Positions 30,208 through 39,706 of a DNA stretch of 64,000 nucleotides are shown piece by piece. Position numbers and translations under genes: made by a program. The notes under the pieces are model-generated. The model saw only the letters and a program-made list of their open reading frames with translations, searched no databases and was not told the origin of the DNA. The stretch's first letter is position 1; each line of letters opens with the position of its first letter. Source of the DNA: Methanotrichaceae archaeon (lineage in GTDB: Archaea > Halobacteriota > Methanosarcinia > Methanotrichales > Methanotrichaceae); assembly GCA_963803145.1 (NCBI GenBank), contig CAWDLW010000025.1, positions 32,001-96,000 on the forward strand, in the 5' to 3' direction.

Positions 30208-31347
30208 ATGAGTTTGAACTCAAGTTATATCATCTTAGGAGCCTTTATAGGGCTTTTTGCGCTCGTAGCATTGGTAAACGGCGTACATGCCGCCGAATGC
30301 CATGATCTGATAGGCTGCGATAGCAGTAACGGTGACTGGAATGGAGCTGCAAAGCTGGATGAGATAGGGAATCCTCAGGCTCAGGCAGCTCAATCTCAGG
30401 CAACAAATGCAAAGATACCAGAGCTGTCCAGGATCAAGAGATGGAACATGTCCGGCTATGGATTCGGTGACGAGACGAATAAAACGCCGACGAATAGTGA
30501 TCCTGTGGTTGCTCAAAATACAGAAAGCACACCTACAAATGCCGCAAATGATAATGCGGTTCTACAGAGAAGTGCGCAGTCCAAGAGGATGCTTGCATCA
30601 ATAGATGATATTTCCAGTTCGGACATATTGGTAAATGTGAGCGAGAAGAGCGATAACCCCGGCGGATACGTCAGAAACATAAAAGGTTCTATAGTCCTTC
30701 CTTACACTGAGTTCGATATTGAGCCGGGAATCCCGAAGCCTCCCGCCGAAATAGCTCTAGTGTTGGGGAACGCCGGAATCTCTCGCAACGATTCTGTAGT
30801 GCTCTACGGTGAGTGTTTGCCCTGTGGAGGCGGCCCATCGCTTGCCACTTATGTCTACTGGATAATGAAGAGCATGGGGCATGAGAATGTTAAAGTGCTT
30901 GATGGAAACGTAGAGGATTGGGCTGCAGCCGGGCGCGAAACTACAAGTGAGGCTGGGATCAGGCCGGCACAGGTCTACGAACCCAAAGTCGTTCCGGACT
31001 TCAGCGCTCAATACGATTATGTAAAGAACGGCAGTGCTCAGATCGTTGATGCAAGGACCATACCGGAATACGGGATGGGCAACATACCTGGATCCATAAA
31101 TATAGACTATGACCGAGTGCTTAATAATCGCACGATAAAGAGCGATTCCGATCTGAAGAAGGTTTTTGCTATTCTGAGCAAGGGTAGGCCAGTAGTAGTT
31201 TATACAAACACCGGAGTCAAGGCATCGGTCGTCTGGTTCTCTTTAGAGATGATGGGCTATAATGCCAAGCTTTATTCCTGGCAGGACTGGCTTGCAAACC
31301 AGCCCCAGCCAGTAAAGCAGGGCAATACCACGAACGCTACAGCTTGA
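30208..31347 (+). CDS. Exported tandem rhodanese-domain protein lacking the canonical catalytic Cys
   Basis: VKVLDG..EDW, IVDART..EY..G.IPGS, YSWQDW; active-site loop reads YTNTGVKA; ECLPCGGGP insert. Confidence 0.8.
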   Translation: MSLNSSYIILGAFIGLFALVALVNGVHAAECHDLIGCDSSNGDWNGAAKLDEIGNPQAQAAQSQATNAKIPELSRIKRWNMSGYGFGDETNKTPTNSDPVVAQNTESTPTNAANDNAVLQRSAQSKRMLASIDDISSSDILVNVSEKSDNPGGYVRNIKGSIVLPYTEFDIEPGIPKPPAEIALVLGNAGISRNDSVVLYGECLPCGGGPSLATYVYWIMKSMGHENVKVLDGNVEDWAAAGRETTSEAGIRPAQVYEPKVVPDFSAQYDYVKNGSAQIVDARTIPEYGMGNIPGSINIDYDRVLNNRTIKSDSDLKKVFAILSKGRPVVVYTNTGVKASVVWFSLEMMGYNAKLYSWQDWLANQPQPVKQGNTTNATA

Positions 31348-31358
31348 AGGATGGGAGC

Positions 31359-33059
31359 ATGGCTGAAAATAGGAACAAGACAGAAAATAGGAACACGTCT
31401 GAAAATGGGCGCACTGCCAGAAACTGGTGTATCATATTATTAATAGCAGTAATAGCTGCTGTGCTGATGCCGGTTGTGAGCGCAGATTGTCCCTCTTGCG
31501 GAGGTGGCAGCGCACAGCAGCAGGCTGCATGGGATAATGAAGCGACAAATTTCCTGGCAGGCAAAGCAGTGGAGTCTAACTCCAGCACTCCTACCGTGTA
31601 TAATGCTAAAGTCGCTAGGGAGAACAATCCAAGCCTAAAATCTTTTGGATTCAGTAGCGATAACGGGAGTGAGAACAGCAACTCTGCGAAAACTGATCCT
31701 CAGCCGGCTCCTGAGACTCAAACACCACAGACTCAGATATTGCAAACTCAAACACCACAAATTCAGACATCGCAGACTCAGATACCACAGAGGAGTGGAA
31801 GCTTTGCAAAAGCCCTTGCGCCACTGTCGGAAGTAAAAAATGCAGATGTAGTGCTTGATATCAGCCCGAACTCGACAGAATATATCGCGGGCGCGATAAA
31901 CATAAACTATGAGAACTTCTTTGGCGACGATAAGCGCGAAAAATCGGTGTCTGAGATCGCCGAGATTTTGGGAGATGCTGGAATCACCCAAAACGATTCC
32001 GTTCTGATCTATGGAGAATGTCAGCCATGCGGCGGAGGACCTTCGGCTGCTACATATGCCTACTGGCTTATGAAATACCTTGGACATGATAAAGTCAAGC
32101 TGCTGGATGGAGGAATTGATGACTGGGTCGCAGCCAAACTCCAAACGCAAGATAAGCCTGCGGTTCTTCCTCAAAAGGTCTATATACCCACAATCAAGCC
32201 GGAGCTACTTGCCAACTATGATTATGTAAAGAGCGGTATTGCTCAGATCGTTGATGCGAGGACGGTAGAGGAGTTTGAAGCAGGCTCTATAACCGGATCT
32301 GTAAATATACCCTATGATAAGGTGCTGGACGGCAAGAGACTAAAAGAGGAAGCAGCTGTCGAGAACATCTTCTCAGGCCTGAGCAAAGATAAGCCTGTTG
32401 TAGTATACACAAACACTGGAGTCAAAGGATCAATGATCTGGCTCGCCCTGAATTTGCTGGGCTATGATGCCAGGCTATACTCTTGGCAGGACTGGATGGA
32501 TCATCAGTCCCTTAACTTGAGCCTGGAAAGTGTGAAAGCTGATCCAAACCCTGCAAAGACAGGAGATATTGTCAAGATAACAGCCGTCTTTAGACAAAGC
32601 AATGATAGTATGGTAAGTGCAAGCAGCCAGCCAACCACACCTTCAAGCAGTACCAATGGCAATGGAAATGAGACCATCCTCAAAATCAAAGGATGCTCAA
32701 CTTGCGGAGCTGAAGGATTCTTCTTGGATACTGGAGGTATGCATACTGGCAATGGCTCTGGGGTTGTTCAGCTTGGCTCTGCGGGCACGGGCAGTTCCCA
32801 GATGCAAATGGCATCTGGTCAGTCGGATATAAAATGTACAGCCACAATCATCAATTCTGATGGCACGGAAGTAGATAAGAGAAATATGCAGCAGGTATCG
32901 GATCGTGAATTCTCAGGCATATGGAATGCTAATGTTGCCGGAGGATCTTATAATGTCACAATAACTGCATCTTCTCCTGGTATCACAAAGATCTTTAGGG
33001 ATAAGCTAGAGATAGTGGTGGCAGACTCTACCAGTAGGTATATGAACGTTGGAAAGTAA
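31359..33059 (+). CDS. Exported tandem rhodanese-domain protein with C-terminal Ig-like module, lacking the canonical catalytic Cys
   Basis: Paralog of the previous gene: YTNTGVKG loop, ECQPCGGGP, plus CPSC and CSTC motifs. Confidence 0.8.
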   Translation: MAENRNKTENRNTSENGRTARNWCIILLIAVIAAVLMPVVSADCPSCGGGSAQQQAAWDNEATNFLAGKAVESNSSTPTVYNAKVARENNPSLKSFGFSSDNGSENSNSAKTDPQPAPETQTPQTQILQTQTPQIQTSQTQIPQRSGSFAKALAPLSEVKNADVVLDISPNSTEYIAGAININYENFFGDDKREKSVSEIAEILGDAGITQNDSVLIYGECQPCGGGPSAATYAYWLMKYLGHDKVKLLDGGIDDWVAAKLQTQDKPAVLPQKVYIPTIKPELLANYDYVKSGIAQIVDARTVEEFEAGSITGSVNIPYDKVLDGKRLKEEAAVENIFSGLSKDKPVVVYTNTGVKGSMIWLALNLLGYDARLYSWQDWMDHQSLNLSLESVKADPNPAKTGDIVKITAVFRQSNDSMVSASSQPTTPSSSTNGNGNETILKIKGCSTCGAEGFFLDTGGMHTGNGSGVVQLGSAGTGSSQMQMASGQSDIKCTATIINSDGTEVDKRNMQQVSDREFSGIWNANVAGGSYNVTITASSPGITKIFRDKLEIVVADSTSRYMNVGK

Positions 33060-33069
33060 ACGGGGAAGT

Positions 33070-35001
33070 GTGAAAGCCGGCCTTATCATATCTATTCTAT
33101 TTTTGATAAGCGTCCTCAGCTCTGCGGCACAACCTTCACCCTTACCTTCAGTCATGCCTGATGATAAGGCTGTAAGATGGTTCCAGTCTGAATATAATAA
33201 CTACTTCAAGACGAGCCAGAACGATGACACACCGCCTGAAATCTTCGATGCGAGCATCACACCAGCAGTTCTCAAACAGGGTGAGCTTCCAAGCGAGATC
33301 AATGCATTTGTCTATGATCCTGCAGGAATTGAACTGGTCTATGCAGAGGTAGGCAACCGCATGAACCTCATGCTGGACCTGGATATGGATCACAAGTATA
33401 CTGGCTACTGCAACTCAAATCTTCCTCCTGGAACCTATAAAGTTACAATTGTTGCAACAGATAAGGCCGGCAATGCGGCACGCACTGAAGCGCCGTCTCT
33501 CAAAATCCTGGACCCAAGTGACCTCAACGGGAACGGAATTGAGGACTCCCTGGAGATGCAGAAGGATAAGAATCTCAGGGTTATAGTCTTGCATGATGGC
33601 AACCTCAGCGGCTTTGGCCCTGCCAGCAAACAAGACAACTTAAAGATTCTTCCAGGAAGCTCCATGACACTCCCAGGGGATAAACTCGCTGAGCTGTCGA
33701 AGGTTAAGGGCGTCAAAGGCATCTATCAGGATCAGAAGCTTAAGGTGCTTGACGATTCAGGAGAGGACTTTCCTGATTTATCCGACAACCCATCAGTATC
33801 TGACAACCCCTCGGCTATTCCCGCCTCTACGGCATCCTCAGAGAAAAGCGGCATAGATGATCCTAGAAAAGAACGGAGCCTGAAGGGCGATGGGGAGGTT
33901 GTGGCATTAATAGATACGGGCGTAGACCCAAATCATGAGGCTTTAAAGGGAAAGGTCATTGCCTTCAAAGACTTCGTGAACAATCAGACAATGCCATATG
34001 ATGATAATGGCCATGGGACACATTGTGCGAGCCTCATAGCTGGTGGTGGTGATCTTCCCGGAGTTGCACCGGATGCCAAGCTGGTAGTTGTAAAGGTCAT
34101 GGATAGAGATGGAGCATGCTACCTCTCAGATGCAATCAGGGCACTAGCCTGGTGCCTTGACAACAAGGATCGATATGGGATAAAGGTAATATCTTTTAGC
34201 GTTGGTGGTGAGAGCCCAACTGAGAGTACATCGCTTTTGGACGAGGCATGCAACAGAATGGTAGATCAGGGTATGGTCATGTGCGTGGCTGCGGGAAACT
34301 CTGGTCCGGCATCAAGCTCGATAGTTATACCTGGCGATGCCGAGAAGGTGATAACTGTGGGGGCCACAGACAAAACTGGCACTATATTCGACCGCTCATC
34401 GCGTGGGCCTGTAGACAATGGTGAGATCAAACCGGACATCGTCACAGTGGGAGTGAATGTTATATCTGCGCTGGCAGGCTCAAAGACCGGCTACAGCTCA
34501 ATGAGCGGCACATCCATGGCTGTTCCGCAGATTGCAGGTGCTGCTGCGCTTCTTCTTGAGGCTGCGCCTGACCAGCAACCTTCGGATATAAAAAGGATTC
34601 TTCTTAAAACGGCAGATGATCTCGGCCAACCTGGGCCGGATAATAATTACGGTTATGGGGCTCTAAACCTGACGAATGCGTTAGGTGATATGAAGGGCAA
34701 GAACTTAGAAGCACCCAGCCTTGAAACGCTAAAATTGAGCAGCAATGATGCAACTGTGGGTGAGCCTGTGATGATAGAGGCCAGAGCATCCGGGGACATA
34801 AAAGCCGTTAACTCAGAGGTTATAGGTCCGGATAGAACTCTAGAGATACCTATGGATGACTTTGATGCGAATGGCATATACTCTGCGCGCTGGGAAACAA
34901 GCTTTTGGTCTCCTGGAGATTACAAAATAACGGCAGAGCTTCAGGGCGAATACGGAGAGGTGGCGTCGAATACGGTCCCTTTTCGTCTATTGAAGAGATG
35001 A
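33070..35001 (+). CDS. Exported subtilisin-family (S8) serine protease
   Basis: LIDTG, HGTHCAS, AAGN, SGTSMA catalytic motifs; signal peptide. Confidence 0.92.
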   Translation: MKAGLIISILFLISVLSSAAQPSPLPSVMPDDKAVRWFQSEYNNYFKTSQNDDTPPEIFDASITPAVLKQGELPSEINAFVYDPAGIELVYAEVGNRMNLMLDLDMDHKYTGYCNSNLPPGTYKVTIVATDKAGNAARTEAPSLKILDPSDLNGNGIEDSLEMQKDKNLRVIVLHDGNLSGFGPASKQDNLKILPGSSMTLPGDKLAELSKVKGVKGIYQDQKLKVLDDSGEDFPDLSDNPSVSDNPSAIPASTASSEKSGIDDPRKERSLKGDGEVVALIDTGVDPNHEALKGKVIAFKDFVNNQTMPYDDNGHGTHCASLIAGGGDLPGVAPDAKLVVVKVMDRDGACYLSDAIRALAWCLDNKDRYGIKVISFSVGGESPTESTSLLDEACNRMVDQGMVMCVAAGNSGPASSSIVIPGDAEKVITVGATDKTGTIFDRSSRGPVDNGEIKPDIVTVGVNVISALAGSKTGYSSMSGTSMAVPQIAGAAALLLEAAPDQQPSDIKRILLKTADDLGQPGPDNNYGYGALNLTNALGDMKGKNLEAPSLETLKLSSNDATVGEPVMIEARASGDIKAVNSEVIGPDRTLEIPMDDFDANGIYSARWETSFWSPGDYKITAELQGEYGEVASNTVPFRLLKR

Positions 35002-35008
35002 GACTCGT

Positions 35009-35581
35009 ATGCCTCTAGAGCCATGGATGGAAATCGCTAGGTTTGGCAAAAAGGTAGTTCAGTCGGGATTGACAAGCTCGCGCTTCGGTAATATCAGCAT
35101 TCTTAAAGGCGAAGATATTATCATCACGCGCACAGGAACTATGCTTGATGAAATATATGAGGATCAAGTTATAGATGTTGATCTACTGGGATCTTGTATA
35201 AATGATAAGATCGCCAGCACAGAGGTGTGCGTGCATAGGGCAATATACAGCAAAACCTCTGCGAAGGCTGTAATACACACACATTCGCCTTATGCCGTTG
35301 CCCTTTCGCTTATAGAGGATGAAGTTGAGCCAATAGATAGCGAGGGAAAGCAATTCCTGGGGTCCATGCCTGTTGTCGATGGCGGCTTCGGCACCGATAT
35401 GCTTGCTGATCATGTTTCTTCGGCGCTTATAGATCATAATGCATGTATTGCCCGCGGACACGGTGCATTTGCCGCTGGGAAGTGCCTTGCTGAAGCGTAT
35501 ACAATAGCCTGCATGGCAGAACACAGCTCTCAAGTGCGCTATCTAGTAAATGTATATAAGGGAATTAATCGTAATATATAA
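35009..35581 (+). CDS. Class II aldolase family protein (fuculose-phosphate aldolase-like)
   Basis: GNIS, STE..VH..IY, HTHS, GHG motifs. Confidence 0.9.
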   Translation: MPLEPWMEIARFGKKVVQSGLTSSRFGNISILKGEDIIITRTGTMLDEIYEDQVIDVDLLGSCINDKIASTEVCVHRAIYSKTSAKAVIHTHSPYAVALSLIEDEVEPIDSEGKQFLGSMPVVDGGFGTDMLADHVSSALIDHNACIARGHGAFAAGKCLAEAYTIACMAEHSSQVRYLVNVYKGINRNI

Positions 35582-35830
35582 TATTATGTGATATCTAATC
35601 TATGGTGCAATAATATGTATTATTATTATCCTTATTTGTTTTTGTGTATTATTGTGCTCAGTGACATACCTTCAAAAAAGCTTATTATCGATAATAAAGG
35701 CATAAATCTAAGCTGAATAATAATCCTCATTCGTCTGTTTTATGTCTTCATAGGGATTCCACCCAGTGCCTATCCGGCATTGGAGACCTCTCAGGGAAAG
35801 ATTTATATCTTAACTATCCAACGCAATAGT

Positions 35831-35900
35831 CGAGCGGGTATTCCTTATTTTCAAAATCCACACTGAACCCCCACTCTCCTACCCGCTCACATTATTCCTG
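35831..35900 (+). ncRNA. Candidate small RNA (closed stem with C/U-rich loop)
   Basis: BRE/TATA GAAAGATTTATAT at 35796-35808; 9-bp stem GAGCGGGTA/TACCCGCTC begins about 25 nt downstream; the next gene has its own TATA-like box. Confidence 0.4.
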
Positions 35901-35981
35901 AGGCACATTTTATCAATAGGTCTATTTATCTTGAGTAAAGTTATCAAAAGATCTATTAATGTTGCAGGCAGTTTTGTTAGT

Positions 35982-37097
35982 ATGAACTCCTCGTTCCAGA
36001 TAGGGAAGATCTGGGGCATACCTATCAGGCTCCATTGGACATTTATCCTGGGAATCATTTGGGTTGCGATAATCTATGCATCGGTAAGTACCACAGTGAA
36101 CGGCATGATCTACGGCTTCGCGTCGGTAGAGCCCACGGAGGTAAGGTGGATTTACTCATTTGTTTTTGCAATCCTCCTCTTCATATGTGTGGGCTTACAT
36201 GAGCTGGGCCATTCGTATATTGCCAGGCACCATGAGATAGGCATAAGGAGTATAACCCTGTATATATTCGGCGGCGTCTCCGCAATGGAAGAGATTCCCA
36301 GAAACCCAAAACTGGAACTCCTAATGGCAGCAGTAGGGCCTGGAGTCAGCGGGCTTCTTGGGATCGTTTGCATATTGCTCTATTTCGAGTCCGCTGTAGT
36401 ATTGGGAGGAAGTCACCCATTCAGCATACTTCTGTGGACCCTCGGGTTGATAAATCTGATATTGATGGCATTCAACCTTCTTCCAGCCTTTCCGATGGAT
36501 GGAGGCCGTGTTCTCAGGGCCTGGTTTGCTGAGCGTATGCCTTATGAAATCGCTACTCGCAGGGCGGCAGGAATAGGGAAGGCGTTCGCAATTCTGATGG
36601 TGGTATTTGGAATAATCTCCCTCAACTTCGTTCTGTTATTGATTGCATTTTTTATATATATAGGGGCATCTGAAGAGGAGAGGGCGACCACTGTGGATAT
36701 CTGCCTTTCGGGCATAAAGGTCAGGAATATAATGTCCTCAGATGTTCGCACGGTCACCCCAGATAAGAATCTGTTGGATCTAACGGATCTCATGTTCAGA
36801 GAAAAGCATAGAGGCTATCCTGTTATTGATAATGGTGCTCTGGCAGGAATAGTTACCCTGGATGATGTCCAAAGGGTTCCGGAGGATCAGCGCGGTTCGA
36901 CGACTGTCGGACAGGTTATGAGCAAAAACCTATATGTAATCGGACCTGATGAAGAGGCATCTACTGCAGCAAAAATGATGACCGAACGGAAAATTCGCAG
37001 GCTTCCTGTTATAGAGAATAAGAACTTGATAGGAATCGTCTCCAGAGAGGACCTGGTGAGGGCCATGGAGCTCTGCTCTGAGCGCTCTGAGCGATGA
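35982..37097 (+). CDS. Site-2 protease (M50) with CBS domains
   Basis: HELGH, FNLLPAFPMDGGR, tandem CBS pair. Confidence 0.93.
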   Translation: MNSSFQIGKIWGIPIRLHWTFILGIIWVAIIYASVSTTVNGMIYGFASVEPTEVRWIYSFVFAILLFICVGLHELGHSYIARHHEIGIRSITLYIFGGVSAMEEIPRNPKLELLMAAVGPGVSGLLGIVCILLYFESAVVLGGSHPFSILLWTLGLINLILMAFNLLPAFPMDGGRVLRAWFAERMPYEIATRRAAGIGKAFAILMVVFGIISLNFVLLLIAFFIYIGASEEERATTVDICLSGIKVRNIMSSDVRTVTPDKNLLDLTDLMFREKHRGYPVIDNGALAGIVTLDDVQRVPEDQRGSTTVGQVMSKNLYVIGPDEEASTAAKMMTERKIRRLPVIENKNLIGIVSREDLVRAMELCSERSER

Positions 37098-37118
37098 CCG
37101 TACCAAGAGGTAATCGAT

Positions 37119-38399
37119 TTGGAGAATACAGATAATCAAAATGGAGATTCTACGCCACAGCTGTGCGAAACGAACGTTTCGAGCCAGGGTACCGGTACAA
37201 GTTCTCCATCAGGCGAGCGTCATGAAGTGATAATAGTGGGGACAGCCCACGTCTCAGAGAAGAGTGTCCAGGAGGTCACCAAAGCTATTGAAGAATCGAG
37301 GCCCGATATAGTTGCGGTGGAGCTGTGTCCTGCGAGGTATCGGGCGCTTACCGGCCAGGAGGAGGAACAGGAGATAAAGATAAGCGAGCTTCTGAGTGGC
37401 GGTAAGCTCTACTATCTTCTTGTCCAGTGGTTCCTCGCATATATCCAAAAGAAGATCGGCTCAGAGCTGGGCGTGAAGCCCGGATCTGAGATGCTTGCGG
37501 CAATTGAATCAGCTAAAAGGGTGGGCGCGCGTGTAGCTCTTGTCGATCGAGATGTGGGCATAACTATACAGCGCTTCTGGTCCGCTATGGGAACTGCGGA
37601 TAAGGCAAAGCTGATTTTCTCGCTTCTGCCTGCAGTCTTCGGATGGGGTAATGAAGAGATCGATATAGATAGTATCACTCAGGAGGACATCGTCTCCCAA
37701 ATGATATCAGAGTTCAGGAAGGTATCACCAGCAGCCGCAAATGTGCTCGTTGATGAGAGGGATGCCTACATTGCCAGAAATCTATACCAGCTCTCGATGC
37801 AGGGCAAAGTTTTAGCTGTTGTAGGTGCAGGTCACAAAGAGGGCATAACCAGACATCTTGCACATCCTGAGGCTATTCCCGCCATAGAAGCCCTAAAGGA
37901 GCGGCCGAAAAAGAGAATAACTTTTGCCAAAGTCTTTGGGGCTGCAGTAACTCTGCTTATACTGGCGACCATTGGGCTTGTACTATTAGAGGCTAGGTCA
38001 AGTCAGAACCTACTTCTTGCCTTCGGCATCTGGTTCATCGTGACGGGAGGTTTGAGCTGCCTGGGTGTTGTTTTGGCAAGAGGCCATCCATTCTCAGCAT
38101 TAACAGCGCTTGCAGTTGCCTGGATGACGACTCTCAACCCCTTCGTAGCTGCTGGCTGGTTTGCAGGTATGGTCGAGGCTTGGAAGTTAAAGCCAACAGT
38201 AAGCGACCTTAGGCGTCTGGCCCAGGCCGAGAGCTTCGATGACATGATGGAGAATAAGTTCTTCAAGGTGATCTTGGTTGCTGCTTTAGCAAATCTGGGG
38301 GCAATGGCGGGGACATTTCTTGGAATTTACTTGATATGGCAGAAGCTTGGATTGGTCAACCCGTCGGAACTAGTAGCAAATATAACACATATGATATAA
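37119..38399 (+). CDS. TraB/GumN family protein
   Basis: VGTAHVS, VAVELC..R, DERD, VVGAGH motifs; C-terminal TM helices. Confidence 0.9.
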   Translation: MENTDNQNGDSTPQLCETNVSSQGTGTSSPSGERHEVIIVGTAHVSEKSVQEVTKAIEESRPDIVAVELCPARYRALTGQEEEQEIKISELLSGGKLYYLLVQWFLAYIQKKIGSELGVKPGSEMLAAIESAKRVGARVALVDRDVGITIQRFWSAMGTADKAKLIFSLLPAVFGWGNEEIDIDSITQEDIVSQMISEFRKVSPAAANVLVDERDAYIARNLYQLSMQGKVLAVVGAGHKEGITRHLAHPEAIPAIEALKERPKKRITFAKVFGAAVTLLILATIGLVLLEARSSQNLLLAFGIWFIVTGGLSCLGVVLARGHPFSALTALAVAWMTTLNPFVAAGWFAGMVEAWKLKPTVSDLRRLAQAESFDDMMENKFFKVILVAALANLGAMAGTFLGIYLIWQKLGLVNPSELVANITHMI

Positions 38400-38451
38400 A
38401 CGATGCAGTAAAAAGGTTAATGATTCGATATTATTACCCTTTATGGTATCA

Positions 38452-39108
38452 TCACTTCTCTTCGACTATTTTTACGCCTGTATTCTTGAGCTTATTGCGC
38501 TTTGCCAAATTCAGGAGCATAGGAGTGAGGCTCTCTATTTGGGCAGATACGGGAAGAGGGCCTACGTCGAGCGGCCGAAGATCCTTTATCTCCCTCGCAA
38601 ATCCTGCTACAACATCTTTGGACTCCTTGTCATCGCCGCAGATCATGGCGTCTCCCTTCAGAGCCAAATCCCTGTTATGAAGAGCGCTCGCGCAGATTGT
38701 GTGAAAGGCAGATACTATTCTCATGCCCTCTGGCAGAAGAGCCTTCGCCTGAAGTGCCGCGCAGCCTTCGGAAGGAGGGTTGTATTCAAAATATTTTCCG
38801 CTATAGCTCATAGGCACCACAGGAGATACAACTATCTGATCAGAGTATGATGCCTTGAGATCTGAAGTCACTGAGATAAGATGCTCATAAGGTATGCAAA
38901 GTACAACGATATCTGCGGCCTTGATGGCACTGCCGTTATCAGTTCCCCAGATGTTTCCAACACCGTCTAAAATAGCCATCACCTCTTTAACGCTTTCCTG
39001 AGCTTTCTCACTTTTCCTCGAGCCTATAATGATCTCATGCGCAAGCGACCAACGAACTGCAAAGCCAGTACCTATGTCGCCAGTACCACCAACAAGAGCG
39101 ATCTTCAT
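38452..39108 (-). CDS. npdG: NADPH-dependent F420 reductase
   Basis: GGTGDIG, IGSR..EKA, SAFHTI, IESLTP motifs. Confidence 0.92.
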   Translation of the reverse strand: MKIALVGGTGDIGTGFAVRWSLAHEIIIGSRKSEKAQESVKEVMAILDGVGNIWGTDNGSAIKAADIVVLCIPYEHLISVTSDLKASYSDQIVVSPVVPMSYSGKYFEYNPPSEGCAALQAKALLPEGMRIVSAFHTICASALHNRDLALKGDAMICGDDKESKDVVAGFAREIKDLRPLDVGPLPVSAQIESLTPMLLNLAKRNKLKNTGVKIVEEK

Positions 39109-39136
39109 GGCAAGCATTTAGGATATGCCTATTATT

Positions 39137-39517
39137 TCACGGTTTTGAGCCGAGAATAAGCTCCTGCATTATTCTTGAAAGCACGATGTAGATTACGACT
39201 CCGAGACCCAGGCTCTTGAATATCCCAAGCCTTTCGATCCCCAGGATAACTGTCGCAACGTAGCAGAGCCACGGGGGTGTGAAAATGATTAGTCCGCGAG
39301 CGTAATCAATCACAGTATCCTTTCCGCTCTCTGTATAGATCAGTATAAAGGTAAAAACAGTCAGAACTGGCAGTGTGGCTATGAAGGCTGCGGTTGCACC
39401 TCTGCCTATGCTTGCGAGGTAAATGGTAAGCACAGTTGTAGTCCCGCCAAGAAGAAAATATACGGCAAGCCGGGCCTCAGAGCTAGCTAGGAATGCGAAG
39501 TAATTGAGCAACTGCAT
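39137..39517 (-). CDS. Small multi-TM membrane protein (DUF3147-like)
   Basis: 'YFLLGG...AAFIATLP' pattern; four hydrophobic helices. Confidence 0.6.
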   Translation of the reverse strand: MQLLNYFAFLASSEARLAVYFLLGGTTTVLTIYLASIGRGATAAFIATLPVLTVFTFILIYTESGKDTVIDYARGLIIFTPPWLCYVATVILGIERLGIFKSLGLGVVIYIVLSRIMQELILGSKP

Positions 39518-39529
39518 GTCTAAACCTTT

Positions 39530-39631
39530 TTAGAAGGGATGGCACGAGATGCGAAAGGGAGTAGCAATGAAGGGGGTAATAAACGTCACCTCGTGCCGCT
39601 CAATCTGCAGTGTAGGGTTACATTGCAGTTA
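39530..39631 (-). ncRNA. Candidate small RNA or structured leader (two hairpins)
   Basis: Hairpins at 39605-39628 and 39541-39597 (GGCACGAG/CTCGTGCC) with a C/U-rich loop on the minus strand; TATA-like TTAATAAA at 39660-39653. Confidence 0.4.
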
Positions 39632-39706
39632 TCACTATTACGTATCTTCTCCTTTATTAAGTTTTAGGTTGCGAAAATGGACGAGTTTTTATAAATTTTG
39701 TAAATC

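Noticed and set aside
30208-33059. Rhodaneses as sulfur-relay partners of the ubiquitin-like protein
   Set aside because: They are 13 kb away in a separate operon and lack the catalytic Cys; the ubiquitin domain has no free C-terminal glycine to thiocarboxylate.
35832-35891. H/ACA guide RNA (stem followed by ACA)
   Set aside because: No clear upper stem or K-turn/K-loop motif; kept only as a generic sRNA candidate.
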